A stretch of DNA of 64,000 bases from Eledone cirrhosa (Eukaryota). Below, piece after piece: positions 40,128 to 54,092 of this stretch. The translations under genes were made by a program, and so were the position numbers. Within the stretch, counting starts at the first letter, position 1, and each line of letters begins with the position of its first letter. The DNA is taken from positions 17,608,001-17,672,000 of the forward strand of contig OZ024758.1 in the NCBI GenBank assembly GCA_964016885.1, written 5' to 3'. The notes under the pieces were generated by a model, which saw only the letters and a list, made by a program, of their open reading frames with translations, was not told the DNA's origin and made no database searches.

Positions 40128-40849
40128 TTTCGTGACTTCACAAATAACAACAAAAAGACCCACCCAAAAGAAAAACAACACAAAAAAAAACAATACAAAA
40201 ACAAGCAAGCAAATATATAACAACATATCCAACAAACCTATGAAAAATTCTCTAATTTATTGCTATTCATTTGCTTGCTAAAATGTCTGTATTACCACCT
40301 GTGTTATCTTAAAGACTACAAGAAGTAAATCCAATATATATATTTTTACCATTGATTACTAAGTTAAAAGGTTTTTTTTTTTCTCTTTATATATTGTTTC
40401 CCTTTTTTTCTTTTGTAATTTTTCTGTCTCAGCTGGTTTTCTTTAGATACTTGTTGAGTGGACTATAGGTCATATGCCATTTAAAATCAGTTATGCAATG
40501 AAAGCAAATGCAATAAGAGAAATGTATTCAAATATGAAATTACATAAGCGAGATAACATATTTCAGGAATTCATTGCTGTAGTAGTTTGTAGCACAAAAC
40601 ACATTGAACATGGTGATTTTTCCAGCTTAGGTGGAGGGTTAGGTATGCAGGCCTCATAACTGGATTTATATGCTTGTCAAGTCAACCCTTTTTGTTCTGT
40701 CTAATGACATTTAGGGATTTTGAATATTTATTCTAAATACCAGCTGTGCACAAAAACTTACTCATTTGTAGAGAGAAAATATTTTTTGTTACTTAGGAAA
40801 TACAAAAGAACACAATTGCAAATACAAGTGTACGAAATGGAATTCCTCT

Positions 40850-42425
40850 GAAGGGTATTTAGAGTAATGTTACTTGATAAAGTGCATAACTTAGAGATCG
40901 GAAAGTCACTCCAGGTAGAGCTGCTACATCTCCAAATTGAGAGATCACAGATCCAATACTTTGGAAAGAATCGTTGGACAGACTTCCAGCTTGGAGATCA
41001 GAGAATCACTCTAGGTAGAGCCGCTACTTCTCTGAATTGAGAGATCACAGCTCTGATACTATGGGCATGTGGTTAGAATGTCTCAGGAAAGAATCACTGG
41101 ACAGATTTCTAGCTTGGGGATCAGAGAGTCACTCTAGGCAAAGCTGCTTGTTCTCCCAAATTCAGAGATCACAACTCTGATACTATGGACATGTGGTTAG
41201 AATGTCTCAGGAAAGAATCACTGGACAGATTTCTAGCTTGGGGATCAGAGAGTCACTCTAGGCAAAGCTGCTTGTTCTCCCAAATTCAGAGATCACAACT
41301 CTGATACTATGGACATGTGGTTAGAATGTCTCAGGAAAGAATCACTGGACAGATTTCTAGCTTGGGGATCAGAGAGTCACTCTAGGCAAAGCTGCTTGTT
41401 CTCCCAAATTCAGAGATCACAACTCTGATACTATGGACATGTGGTTAGAATGTCTCAGGAAAGAATCACTGGACAGATTTCTAGCTTGGGGATCAGAGAG
41501 TCACTCTAGGCAAAGCTGCTTGTTCTCCCAAATTCAGAGATCACAACTCTGATACTATGGACATGTGGTTAGAATGTCTCAGGAAAGAATCACTGGACAG
41601 ATTTCTAGCTTGGGGATCAGAGAGTCACTCTAGGCAAAGCTGCTTGTTCTCCCAAATTCAGAGATCACAACTCTGATACTATGGACATGTGGTTAGAATG
41701 TCTCAGGAAAGAATCACTGGACAGATTTCTAGCTTGGGGATCAGAGAGTCACTCTAGGCAAAGCTGCTTGTTCTCCCAAATTCAGAGATCACAACTCTGA
41801 TACTATGGACATGTGGTTAGAATGTCTCAGGAAAGAATCACTGGACAGATTTCTAGCTTGGGGATCAGAGAGTCACTCTAGGCAAAGCTGCTTGTTCTCC
41901 CAAATTCAGAGATCACAACTCTGATACTATGGACATGTGGTTAGAATGTCTCAGGAAAGAATCACTGGACAGATTTCTAGCTTGGGGATCAGAGAGTCAC
42001 TCTAGGCAAAGCTGCTTGTTCTCCCAAATTCAGAGATCACAACTCTGATACTATGGACATGTGGTTAGAATGTCTCAGGAAAGAATCACTGGACAGATTT
42101 CTAGCTTGGGGATCAGAGAGTCACTCTAGGCAAAGCTGCTTGTTCTCCCAAATTCAGAGATCACAACTCTGATACTATGGACATGTGGTTAGAATGTCTC
42201 AGGAAAGAATCACTGGACAGATTTTACGGGCAAAACCAACCAGCAAAAGACCCAGTGGTAGGCCCTGTGCAAGATGGTTGGATAACATCCATAAGCTTGG
42301 CTGGTCACACTTGGAGATCCAGTTGGATCAGTTGAAGATGGTTGCTTCTGACAGGACCTGCTGGAAGGAGTGTTTGAGGACTCTTCCCCCATGACCCTCT
42401 CAGGAATAAGTGAGTGAAGAAGAAG
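40850..42425 (+). mobile_element. RTE (Expander/Rex3-like) LINE 3' end with internal 124-bp tandem array
   Basis: Collapsed translation LDKV..EI..SLQVE.L..QIERSQL*YYGHVVRM..GRPCARWLDNI..W..L....L..VASDR..W..LRTLPP. Confidence 0.88.
41081..42220. repeat. 124-bp tandem repeat, 9 apparently identical units
   Basis: tctcaggaaagaatcactgg at 41081, 41205, 41329 ... 42197. Confidence 0.97.
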
Positions 42426-42667
42426 CAGCAGCTTAGGAAATAAAAGAGGACTCACAAACAACACTTTTCAAGACTATTGGAAAAGTGGACACAAATAGTG
42501 ATGACAATATCCTCAAACAAAAGATCTGCCTCATATACTTGCAAGAGATTTGCCTCCACTAAAGACATTCAAGAGTCAGGTTGAAGTGAGAAGCTGGGCA
42601 ACAAATAACATTACAGTGTCTTCTTAATTCTCTTCCTTTTCATCTTGACATATTCTTGTTGTCTTAA

Positions 42668-42981
42668 CCGTTTACCATTTAAATTACTCTATATTTACTA
42701 TTATATTTTCACAGTAAAGGCTTTACCTCACATAAATATCTCACATAATATCAAATCTATGAGATTTTGATATTATTTATTTTGAGAACAATACCATAAC
42801 ATCAGAATGAGTGTCCAGTTACAGCCGGTTTAAACAGAAAGAGATGAGAGAACTTTGGCCGGATATGGCTAGTTTAAATGTTAAAGGGTTAACATCAGTA
42901 TGAGTGGCTGGTTATGGCCGGTTTAAACAGAAAGTGGTGAGAGAATTCTGGCCAGATATGGCTGGTTTAAAATCTAAAGGG
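42668..42981 (-). mobile_element. piggyBac-type MITE (42668-42888) plus tandem duplicated end
   Basis: TTAA-bounded; second terminus taaagggttaa at ~42975-42985. Confidence 0.8.
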
Positions 42982-43682
42982 TTAAGTGGACTATACATTA
43001 TATGAAAGTTGAAATTAGTTACACAAGAAAATAAATGCAATAATACAAATACATCAAAATACATCAAAATACATAGTAATATAGAAAGACAATTTATTTC
43101 TGTGTTTCAGGAGTTATTAGTAGAAAATACATTCAAATGTTGACCACATATGTAGTGAGAAAAAGTTATATTGTATTTGCAAACATTTTGTTGAAATTGT
43201 AGGTGAAATATTTCTTCTGTTTATGTAACTAAATTGGAAGAGGAGAGATATTTTTGTTTCATTGTCGTTTTTAGAAAAAAAATTGTCGTATTCCTTGTGG
43301 TTTTTAAACTATATTAGTCTGTATATAGAAATGTTGTTGCTATGAAGGAAAAAAAAATAGATTATGAAACAAGATGTCTAACATAAATGTTGTAAGGCAA
43401 TTTTCCTTTTAAATTAGCTTTTAGAGTTGGTGGAGATTAGTAGTATAGCAAGCATCTTTTTTTTTTACCTATCACCTGTAACACCTTTACCACTACCCTA
43501 CCTTACATATCCTCCTCCATCATCTTAAGCCATCTCACTCTTGGTCTTACCCTTACTCTAGATCCCTCCACAGAAATATTTATAAAAAAACAAAGAACAG
43601 CTACATACACACGCCACTTTTTAAGGTTGTCCAACCTGCTAGAATTAGCTAACCCTCCCTCATTCTCACTTCATAGCTTTAA

Positions 43683-43885
43683 CCCTTTAGCATTTAAACC
43701 AGCCATATCTAACCAGAATTCTCTCAGCTCTTTCTGTTTAAACTGGTTGTAACCACCCACTCATACCAATGTTAATGTATAGTTCTAAAAATAAATATCA
43801 AAATAATAGATTTGATATTATGTGAAGTAAAGCCTTTACTGTGAAAATAGAGTAGTAAATATAGAGTAATGTAAATGCTAAAGTG
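43683..43885 (+). mobile_element. piggyBac-type MITE
   Basis: TTAA|CCCTTTAGCATTTA ... TAAATGCTAAAGTG|TTAA. Confidence 0.88.
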
Positions 43886-44252
43886 TTAAACCCTTCATTA
43901 CCATATTTCTAATGAAAGATCATCTTTAATTTTAAAATAATCTTGGAATGTAATCAGGAATTTGAAGAGATTTAGTAAAATAACTTTATTATTAAGTTTG
44001 TGTTTGGAGCATAACATAGCATAAGATAAAATTATAATGAATATCTTTTATATAGACAAAAAACGCCCAGTACTCACTGTAAATGTGGTTGGCATTAGGA
44101 AGGGCATTCAGCTGTAGAAACCAAACCAAAATCAGTTCTGTGTGAGCAAGACATGGGTATTTGACCTCGACTTGGTTCAAATAGGACAACCCACCTAACC
44201 CATAGTGTGGAAAATTGATGTTAAACGGCTCTGATGATGATAATCTATTTAA

Positions 44253-44469
44253 CCCTTTAGCAGTGACATTACTCTCTGTATATTATTGTATTTGTGTGGT
44301 AAAGGCTTTATTACACATAATTATCTCACATAATATCAAATCTACGAGATTTGATATTAGTTGTTTTGAGGACAAAACCTTAACATCAGTATAACTGACC
44401 AGTTACGGCCAGTTTGAGCAGAAAGTGAGAAAATTCTGGCTGGATACAGCCGGTTTAAATGCTAAAAGG
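44253..44469 (-). mobile_element. piggyBac-type MITE
   Basis: TTAA|CCCTTTAGCA ... TAAATGCTAAAAGG|TTAA. Confidence 0.85.
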
Positions 44470-44929
44470 TTAAAATAAACAGATTTCTGTAATAAAAAAC
44501 AAATGCAGTTTCACAGGTAGGGTTGACTGCTTGGAAAATGTACTCCTTATCATCATCATCATCATCATGATTTAACATCTTTTCTTCCATGCTGGGCTGG
44601 ATTGAATGGCCCTTCACAGACAATTTTAATACTTATTCAGAGCTACAGAGCTACTAACCTCCCAGATCATTTTAGCAGATATACAAAAACAATGTGGCAA
44701 CCAGAGTTGGAATGCTTTTGTATGGAGCTATGAAGATCTACTCAATCAGAGTTGATGCAGTGCTAAAGAATAGCAGCGACAATGACAACAACAAATTGAT
44801 GTTGACAAATAATCAAGGAAAAAGAGAAAGTTACTCTCTGGATTTCTTAGAAATGTGCAACCAGCTTCATTGACACATTGACATGTAAAATGTGTGGAAG
44901 CAATAGTATTTGAAACATTTACAGCAGGC

Positions 44930-47390
44930 TATGGTGATGGTGATGATGGTGGTGGTTATGGTGTTGGTGGTGGAGGAGATGATGATGGTAATGGTGGGGG
45001 CTGGTGATGGTGGAGGTTGTAGTGGGGGATGATCTTGGTGATGGAGGAGGTGGTGGTGGTGGTGATGATGGTGATGGAAATGAAGGTAATGGTGGGGGTG
45101 GTGGTGGTGGTGTTGTTGGTGATGGTGTTGGTGGTGTTGTTGGTGATGGTGTTGGTGGAGATGATGATGATGGGGGTGGTGGTGGTGGTAGTGGTGGTGT
45201 TGGTGGAGATGATGATGAAGGTAATGATGGGGCTGGTGGTGGTGGTGGTGGTGGTGGTGTTGTTGGTGATGGTGTTGGTGGAGATGATGATGATGGGGGT
45301 GGTGGTGGTGGTGGTGGTAGTGGTGGTGTTGGTGGAGATGATGATGAAGGTTATGATGGGGGTGGTGGGGATGGTGGTGGTGTTGTTGGTGATGGTGTTG
45401 GTGGAGATGATGATGAACGTAATGATGGGGATGGTGGTGGTGGTGGTGGTGGTGGTGTTGTTGGTGGAGATGATGAGGAAGGTTATGATGGGGATGGTGG
45501 TGGTGGTGGTGGTGGTGGTGTTGTTGGTGGTGGTGTTGGTGGAGATGATGATGAAGGTAATGATGGGGGTGGTGGTGGTTATGGTGTTGGTGGTGGAGGA
45601 GATGATAAAGGTAATGATGGGGGTGGTGGTGGTTATGGTGTTGGTGGTGGAGGAGATGATGAAGGTAATGATGGGGCTGGTGGTGGTTATGGTGTTGGTG
45701 GTGGAGGAGATGATGAAGGTAATGATGGGGGTGGTGGTGGTTATGGTGTTGGTGGTGGAGGAGATGATGAAGGTAATGATGGGGCTGGTGGTGGTGGTGG
45801 TGTTGGTGATGGTGTTGGTGGAGATGATGATGAAGGTAATGATGGGGGTGGTGGTGGTGTTGGTGATGGTATTGGTGGAGATGATGGTGATGGGGTGGTG
45901 GTGGTGGTGGTGGTGTTGTTGGTGATGGTGTTGGTGGAGATGATGATGAAGGTAATGATGGGGCTGCTGGTGGTGGTGGTGTTGTTGGTGATGGTGATGG
46001 TGGTGGTTATGGTGTTGGTGGTGGAGGAGATGATGATGGTAATGGTGGGGGCTGGTGATGGTGGATGTTGTAGTGGGGGATGATCTTGGTGATGGAGGAG
46101 GTGGTGATGGTGGTGATGATGGTGATGGAAATGAAGGTAATGGTGGGGGTGGTGGTGGTGGTGTTGTTGGTGATGGTGTTGGTGGTGGTGTTGGTGGAGA
46201 TGATGATGAAGGTAATGATGGGGATGGTAGTGGTGTTGGTGATGGTGTTGGTGGAGATGATGAGGAAGGTTATGATGGGGATGGTGGTGGTGGTGTTGTT
46301 GGTGTTGGTGTTGGTGGAGATGATGATGAAGGTAATGATGGGGGTGGTGGTGGTGTTGGTGATGGTGTTGGTGGAGATGATGATGATGGGGGTGGTGGTG
46401 GTGGTGTTGTTGGTGATGGTGTTGGTGGTGGTTATGGTGTTGGTGGTGGAGGAGATGATGAAGGTAATGGTGGGGGCTGGTGGTGGTGGTGTTGGTGATG
46501 GTGTTGGTGGAGATGATGATGATGGGGGTGGTGGTGGTGGTGTTGTTGGTGGTGGTGTTGGTGATGGTGTTGGTGGAGATGATGATGATGGGGGTGGTGG
46601 TGGTGGTGTTGTTGGTGATGGTGTTGGTGGTGGTTATGGTGTTGGTGGTGGAGGAGATGATGAAGGTAATGGTGGGGGCTGGTGGTGGTGGTGTTGGTGA
46701 TGGTGTTGGTGGAGATGATGATGATGGGGGAGGTGGTGGTGGTGTTGTTGCTGATGGTGTTGGTGGTGGTTATGGTGTTGGTGGTGGAGGAGATGATGAA
46801 GGTAACGGTGGGGGCTGGTGGTGATGGTGTTGGTGGAGATGATGATGATGGGGGTGGTGGTGGTGGTGTTGTTGCTGATGGTGTTGGTGGTGATGATGAT
46901 GAAGGTAATGATGGTGATGGTGGATGAAGTGGTGGTTGTGGTAATGGAAATATTTACAGCAGGCTATGGCGGTGATAGTGGTGGTGGTAACGATGATGGT
47001 GATGGTGGTGGTGGTTGTGGTGGTGGTGGTTGTGGTGTTGGAAATGAAGTTAATGATGGGGATGGTGATGGAGGTGGAAATGATGATGAAGGTGGTGGTG
47101 GTGGTGATGGAGATGATGAGGATAATGGTAGTGATGGTAGTGGTGGTTATGATGATGGTAGAAGTAGTGGTGGTGATGGTGATAAGGAGGATAATGGTGG
47201 TAGTGCTGGTGATGGTGATAAGGAGGATAATGGTGATAGTGCTGGTGATCGTGATAAGGAGGATAATGGTGGTAGTGCTGGTGATGGTGATAAGGAGGAT
47301 AATGGTGGTAGTGGTGGTTATGGTGATGGTAATGGTTGTGCTGAAGGAGATGATGATGATGAGGATAATAGTAGTTATGGTGATGGTGAC
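44930..47390. repeat. (GGT/GAT)n low-complexity tract with higher-order units
   Basis: ggagatgatgatgaaggtaatgatggg units; ~1050-bp internal duplication (45020 vs 46071). Confidence 0.92.
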
Positions 47391-47399
47391 GTTAAATCT

Positions 47400-48610
47400 G
47401 TAGAGCATTGGACACCATGCTTTGTATCATAGAATTACAGCCCTTTATGTTCTGAGTTCAAATCCTACTGAGGTTAGCTTTGCCTTCATCCTGACAGGGT
47501 TGATAAAATAATGCACTGGAGTCTATTTAATCAACCTTCCGCTTCCCACAAAATTGTTGGCCTTTGTTATAAGGAAAAACCCTGAACACCCCATGTAACT
47601 AAAAGTGGACTAGGCGAAATGTCTATAAAGAACTGAAGTGAACTGTCAGTAGACTGTGTATACAGAGTCTCATTGTAGTGATCTCATTGGTAGTTCGAAA
47701 TTATGCCTGGTGAATACTTTCGTTTTACCTTTGTTTGTACAGATATACTAACAGGTGTCACATCCCATTATAACAGCCTTGAGGCTAAATCAGAAACCAT
47801 TATTATTTTTCTCAGTATCGGTAGAGAGTCGGACGCCATGCTTTCCAGCATAGTTACGTCTCTCTACAGTCTGAGTTCAAATCCCGCCGAGGTTAACTTT
47901 GCCTTTCAGGGATCGATAAAATAAAGTACCAGTAATGCACTGGGTAATAGCTAGCCTTGTGTCACAAAGTAGAAACAATTATTATTTTTCTCATCGGTAG
48001 AATGGTCGGATGCCATGCTTTGATGCATAGAGTTACGGCCCTTGCCATTCTGAGTTCAAATCCAGCCGAAGTTAACTTTGCCTTTCATCCTTACGGGGTC
48101 GATAAAATAAAGTACCAGTAATGCACTGGGTAATTGCTAGCCTTGTGCCACAAAGTAGAAACCATTATTATTTTTCTCATATCATTGTGGTGGTTTGGCA
48201 GTATCCGTAGAGCATCAGACACCATGCATTGTAGTATAGTTACGGCCCTTTATGACGGTCTGATTACAAATCCAGCCAAGGTTATCTTTGCCTTTCATCC
48301 CTATGGGGTCAATAAAATAAAGCACCAGTAATGCATTGGGTAATTGCTGGCCTTGTGCCAAAAGTAGAAAGAATTATTATTTATAAACCCCGAAGGGATA
48401 TAAAGTAAAATTATATCTGGTTGTATTTGAATTTAGAACTGAAATGGCAAAGTTAACCTCAGTGGGATCTGAGTTCAAATCCCGCCAAGGTTAACTTTGC
48501 CTTTCATCCCTACGGAATCAATAAAATAAAGCAGTAATGTACTGGGGTCGATAATGTACCAGTAATGCACTGGATTAATTGCTGTCCTTGTGCCAAAAGT
48601 AAAAACAATT
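47400..48610 (+). mobile_element. Cluster of about 5 family A SINEs
   Basis: Repeated gagttcaaatcc..ctttgcctttca..gataaaataaagtaccagtaatgcactgg. Confidence 0.85.
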
Positions 48611-48699
48611 TTTTTTTCTGATGTCATATTTTAATGCATGCTTTAATTGCACAACTGACAGATGCTGTATTTTGATTTAGCTTGAAATATTCTGCACAA

Positions 48700-49545
48700 T
48701 ATATGTGCAGGGTTTACTTATGATACGTGGTTGAGTATAAACCATATTTAATCATTCCTAAGGTATATATATTTATAAATATTGTTTCTCTTTTATATAT
48801 CCTCAATTCTGGTTATCTCTATATTCTGATATTTGTATTTGGAGTTTTTCTCTATATCTATTGTCGATAGATTTTCTTCTGTTGGGATTGATACTTTGAT
48901 GTACTGATGTACATAAAAACATTTCCTTTCTTGGTGGTCGATGACAACAATATCTAGATGATTAGCCTTCCTCCATCTGGCTGATTCTGGGGTTTAACAT
49001 ACCCCAGAGTGAAGTTACTTTCAATGTAATTATTCTTACTTCACAGCTTCCAAATATTCTGAAGCTATTTATTATATGCTACTTCTTTATAAGACTTTGG
49101 AAGTGTCTTATGGGAGGCTTTTATTCCTGAGCTGTAAATAAAAATTTTTCAGTTGCATTTTTTTTTTACTCTTGCACACCTCCCTGGAATTTCAATGTAT
49201 GCCTGGTAAATATAATTCTTCTTTGTCTAATATAGATGTGATATTCTAAATGCGGTCCTTATTTTCCTTGTCTCTCTGTCAGGTTTTGCTAATTCACTTA
49301 GTGTCCAGTTAAGAATATTATGAATATAACTTATTTATTGGGACAGCTAGAGTGTTGATGCCCCTTTCCTTATTTTTTGTATTATATCTTTTGTATTTAT
49401 CTTGGCTTTAAGAACTAATTTTATGTTTTCAAGATACTCCTTTCTAATTCTTTCTTTTCTTTGCGTGTTACACTTCATCTACTTCCTTAATTTCTAGGTA
49501 TTTGTTATCTTTCAATGACACCCTCCTCCCCTCCATAGTTTTATA
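48700..49545 (-). mobile_element. Degenerate R4/Dong-like non-LTR retrotransposon (RT thumb plus restriction-like endonuclease)
   Basis: Hand translation of the minus strand: KYLEI..RIRKEYLENIKLVLK, KNKERGINTLAVP, NWTLSELAKPDRETRK, KVTSLWGM, KANHLDIVVIDHQERKC, VSIPTEENL...EKNSKYK...IEITR. Confidence 0.8.
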
Positions 49546-49559
49546 GATCTCACATATCT

Positions 49560-50020
49560 TCTGCCACCACCATCATTACCATCAACGCCATTATTAACAA
49601 CAACAGCACCACTAGAGTTGCCATCATCATCATTATCACCACCAATACAACCACCATCACTACCATCATCACCACTACAACCACCATCATCATTATCATC
49701 AACATTATCACACCCAACAAAACTACTACAGCCACCATTGCCAGCATTATCACCATCAACACAACCACCACTACCACTACCATCCTGCCTATTACAGCCA
49801 CCATCATCATCTTTATCACCATCAACACAACCACCACTACCACCGCCACTATCACCACCACCACTACAGCGACCATCATCACCATTATCACCATCAACAC
49901 AACCACCACAACTAACAGCACCATCATCATCACCACCAACACTACCACCACCAACACTAACAACAGTGTCACTACCATCACCACTAACAACAGCGCCACT
50001 AGAGCCACCATCACCATCTT
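49560..50020. repeat. (CAC/CAT/CAA)n low-complexity tract
   Basis: Direct inspection. Confidence 0.9.
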
Positions 50021-50027
50021 TCCTGCC

Positions 50028-52920
50028 CTGTCAACATGGAAAGTGTGCCCTGTCTAGTTTCAGTCCCTGACAACTCACCCAACCCATGTCAACATGGAAA
50101 GTGTGCCCTGTCTAGTTTCAGTCCCTGACAACTCACCCAACCCATGTCAACATGGAAAGTGTGTCCTATCTAGTTTCAGTCCCTGACAATTCACCCAGCT
50201 CCTACCAACATGGATAATGTGACCCGTTTAGTTTCAGTCCCTGACAACTCACCCAACCCATGCCAACCAGTCCCTGACAACTAACCCAACCCATGCCAAC
50301 GTGGAAAGTGTGTCCTATCTGGTTTCAGTCCCTGACAACTCACCCAACCCATGCCAACCAGTCCCTGACAACTCACCCAACCCATGCCAACATGGAAAGT
50401 GTGTCCTATCTAGTTTCAGTCCCTGTCAACTCACCCAACCCATGCCAACATGGAAAGTGTGTACTATCTAGTTTCAGTCCCTGACAATTCACCCATGCCA
50501 ACATGGAAAGTGTGTCCTATCTAGTTTCAGTCCCTGACAACTCACCCAACCCATGCCAACATGGAAAGTGTGTCCTATCTAGTTTCAGTCCCTGTCAACT
50601 CACCCAACCCATGCCAACATGGAAAGTGTGTACTATCTAGTTTCAGTCCCTGACAATTCACCCAACCCATGCCAACATGGAAAGTGTGTCCTATCTAGTT
50701 TCAGTCCCTGACAACTCACCCAACCCATGCCAACATGGAAAGTGTGTCCTATCTAGTTTCAGTCCCTGTCAACTCACCCAACCCATGCCAACATGGAAAG
50801 TGTGCCCTGTCTAGTTTCAGTCCCTGACAATTCACCCAACCCATGTCAACATGGAAAGTGTGTCCTATCTAGTTTCAGTCCCTGACATCTCACCCAACCC
50901 ATGCCAACATGGAAAGTGTGTCCTATCTAGTTTCAATCCCTGACAATTCACCCAAACCATGTCAACATGGAAAGTGTGCCCTGTCTAGTTTCAGTCCCTG
51001 ACAATTCACCCAACCCATGTCAACATGGAAAGTGTGCCCTATCTAGTTTCAGTCCCTGACAATTCACCCAACCCATGTCAACATGGAAAGCGTGTCCTAT
51101 CTAGTTTCAGTCCCTGACAACTCCCCAACCCATGTCAACATGGAAAGTGTGCCCTGTCTAGTTTCAGTCCCTGACAATTCACCCAACCCATGCCAACATG
51201 GAAAGTGTGTCCTATCTAGTTTCAGTCCCTAACAACTCACCCACCCCATGTCAACATGGAAAGTGTGTCCTATCTAGTTTCAGTCCCTGACAATTCACCC
51301 AACCCATGTCAACATGGAAAGTATGCCCTTTCTAGTTTCAGTCCCTGACAACTCACCCAACCCATGTCAACATGGAAAGTGTGTCCTATCTAGTTTCAGT
51401 CCCTGACAACTCACCCAACCCATGTCAACATGGAAAGTGTGTCCTATCTAGTTTCAGTCCCTGACAATTCACCCAACCCATGTCAACATGGAAAGTGTGT
51501 CCTATCTAGTTTCAGTCCCTGACAATTCACCCAACCCATGTCAACATGGAAAGTATGTCCTATCTAGTTTCAGTCCCTGACAACTCACCCAACCCATGTC
51601 AACATGGAAAGTGTGTCCTATCTAGTTTCAGTCCCTGACAATTCACCCAACCCATGTCAACATGGAAAGTATGTCCTATCTAGTTTCAGTCCCTGACAAC
51701 TCACCCAACCCATGTCAACATGGAAAGTGTGTCCTATCTAGTTTCAGTCCCTGACAACTCACCCAACCCATGTCAACATGGAAAGTGTGTCCTATCTAGT
51801 TTCAGTCCCTGACAATTCACCCAACCCATGTCAACATGGAAAGTGTGTCCTATCTAGTTTCAGTCCCTGACAATTCACCCAACCCATGTCAACATGGAAA
51901 GTGTGTCCTATCTAGTTTCAGTCCCTGACAACTCACCCAACCCATGTCAACATGGAAAGTGTGCCCTATCTAGTTTCAGTCCCTGACAACTCACCCAACC
52001 CATGTCAACATAGAAAGTGGATCCTATCTAGTTTCAGTCCCTGACAATTCACCCAACCCATGTCAACATGGAAAGTGTGCCCTATCTAGTTTCAGTCCCT
52101 GACAATTCACCCAACCCATGTCAACATGGAAAGTGTGTCCTATCTAGTTTCAGTCCCTGACAATTCACCCAGCTCCTACCAACATGGATAATGTGACCCG
52201 TTTAGTTTCAGTCCCTGACAACTCACCCAACCCATGTCAACATGGAAAGTGTATCCTATCTAGTTTCAGTCCCTGACAATTCACCCAACCCATGTCAACA
52301 TGGAAAGTGTGTCCTATCTAGTTTCAGTCCCTGACAACTCACCCAACCCATGTCAACATGGAAAGTGTGTCCTATCTAGTTTCAGTCCCTGACAATTCAC
52401 CCAACCCATGCCAACATGGAAAGTGTGTCCTATCTAGTTTCAGTCCCTGACAATTCACCCAACCCATGTCAACATGGAAAGTGTGTCCTATCTAGTTTCA
52501 GTCCCTGACAATTCACCCAACCCATGCCAACATGGAAAGTGTGTCCTATCTAGTTTCAGTCCCTGACAATTCACCCAACCCATGTCAACATGGAAAGTGT
52601 GTCCTATCTAGTTTCAGTCCCTGACAATTCACCCAACCCATGTCAACATGGAAAGTGTGTCCTATCTAGTTTCAGTCCCTGACAATTCACCCAACCCATG
52701 CCAACATGGAAAGTGTGTCCTATCTAGTTTCAGTCCCTGACAACTCACCCAACCCATGCCAACATGGAAAGTGTGTCCTGTCTAGTTTCAGTCCCTGACA
52801 ACTCACCCAACCCATGTCAACATGGAAAGTGTGTCCTATCTAGTTTCAGTCCCTGACAACTCACCCAACCCATGTCAACCAGTCCCTGGCAATTCACCCA
52901 ACCCATGTCAACATGGAAGC
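50028..52920. repeat. 58-bp minisatellite, about 50 copies
   Basis: Unit aacatggaaagtgtgtcctatctagtttcagtccctgacaactcacccaacccatg(t/c)c; period 58 (50091, 50149). Confidence 0.97.
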
Positions 52921-53119
52921 TGGATGAAAAAACATGATAAAAATGTTGACATTTGGTCAAGAATGCAGTTAGTGAGTTATCAAACCACTTCATTCATTTC
53001 TGCTAAAAAATGTTTTGGCATATATTCCAGCTAAGAATCAATGACCAGCCATTACGCAACAATTTAGCATCATCATCATCATAAATCATTATTGTCATAA
53101 CCTCTTTCACTAAATCTTC

Positions 53120-53745
53120 AAAACCACCACAACCATTATCACTATCACTACCACTATCATTCATCATCATCATCATAGTCATCACCATCACCACCACCAT
53201 CACCACCACCATTACCATCATCATCACCACCATCATTTCCCTCACCACCATTACCACCACCATTACCACCATCATCATTACCATCATCATCATCATCACC
53301 ATCATCACCACCATTATCATCACCATCATTATCACCATCATCACCACCATCATCATCATCACCATCATCACCACCAACATCATCACCATCATTACCACCA
53401 TCATCATCACCATCATCACCATCACCATCATCACCACCAACATCATCATCACCATCATCGCCACCACCAACATCATCACCATCATTACCACCATCATTAT
53501 CACCATCATTACCATTATCACCATCCTGAACATCACCATCACCAACATCATCACCGTCACCATCATCGTCATCATCATCATCATCACCATCATCATCACC
53601 ATCACCATCACAAAAATCATCACCATCATTACCACCATCATCATCACCATCATTACCATTATCACCATCCTAAACATCACCATCACCATCACCATCACCA
53701 ACACCATCACCATCACCATCATCAGTATCACAATATCATCTTCAT
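53120..53745. repeat. (CAT/CAC)n tract
   Basis: Direct inspection. Confidence 0.92.
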
Positions 53746-54092
53746 TATCTAAATAACACAATAAATACCACTATTTAAATATGTCTTGAGGTTATTATTT
53801 TTAATGATTTTGTATTATTATTTTTTATCTTTATTCTTTATCTTTATTTCTGTTATATTATACTTTATTTATTCTTCTTTCGATATGAAAGAGTACTTGA
53901 TGACCCCGAAAGAAAGAATTCACTACAAGAGAAAGAATCAAAGGAATATGGTTATCAATAAAGCTACAATAATAACAAAATATGTAAATAATAATAGAAA
54001 AAAAACAAGAAGAAAATGACCATAACAACAGCAGCAACAAAAACAATAACATCAACAACAATAATAGTAATAATAAGATGGTAATAAATAAA

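Noticed and set aside
45004-47432. Gly/Asp-rich ORFs resembling biomineral or structural proteins
   Set aside because: Frames shift repeatedly, the tract is simple repeat, and it runs into a SINE
50028-52920. CRISPR-like regular array
   Set aside because: No unique spacers; whole units repeat; eukaryotic context without cas genes
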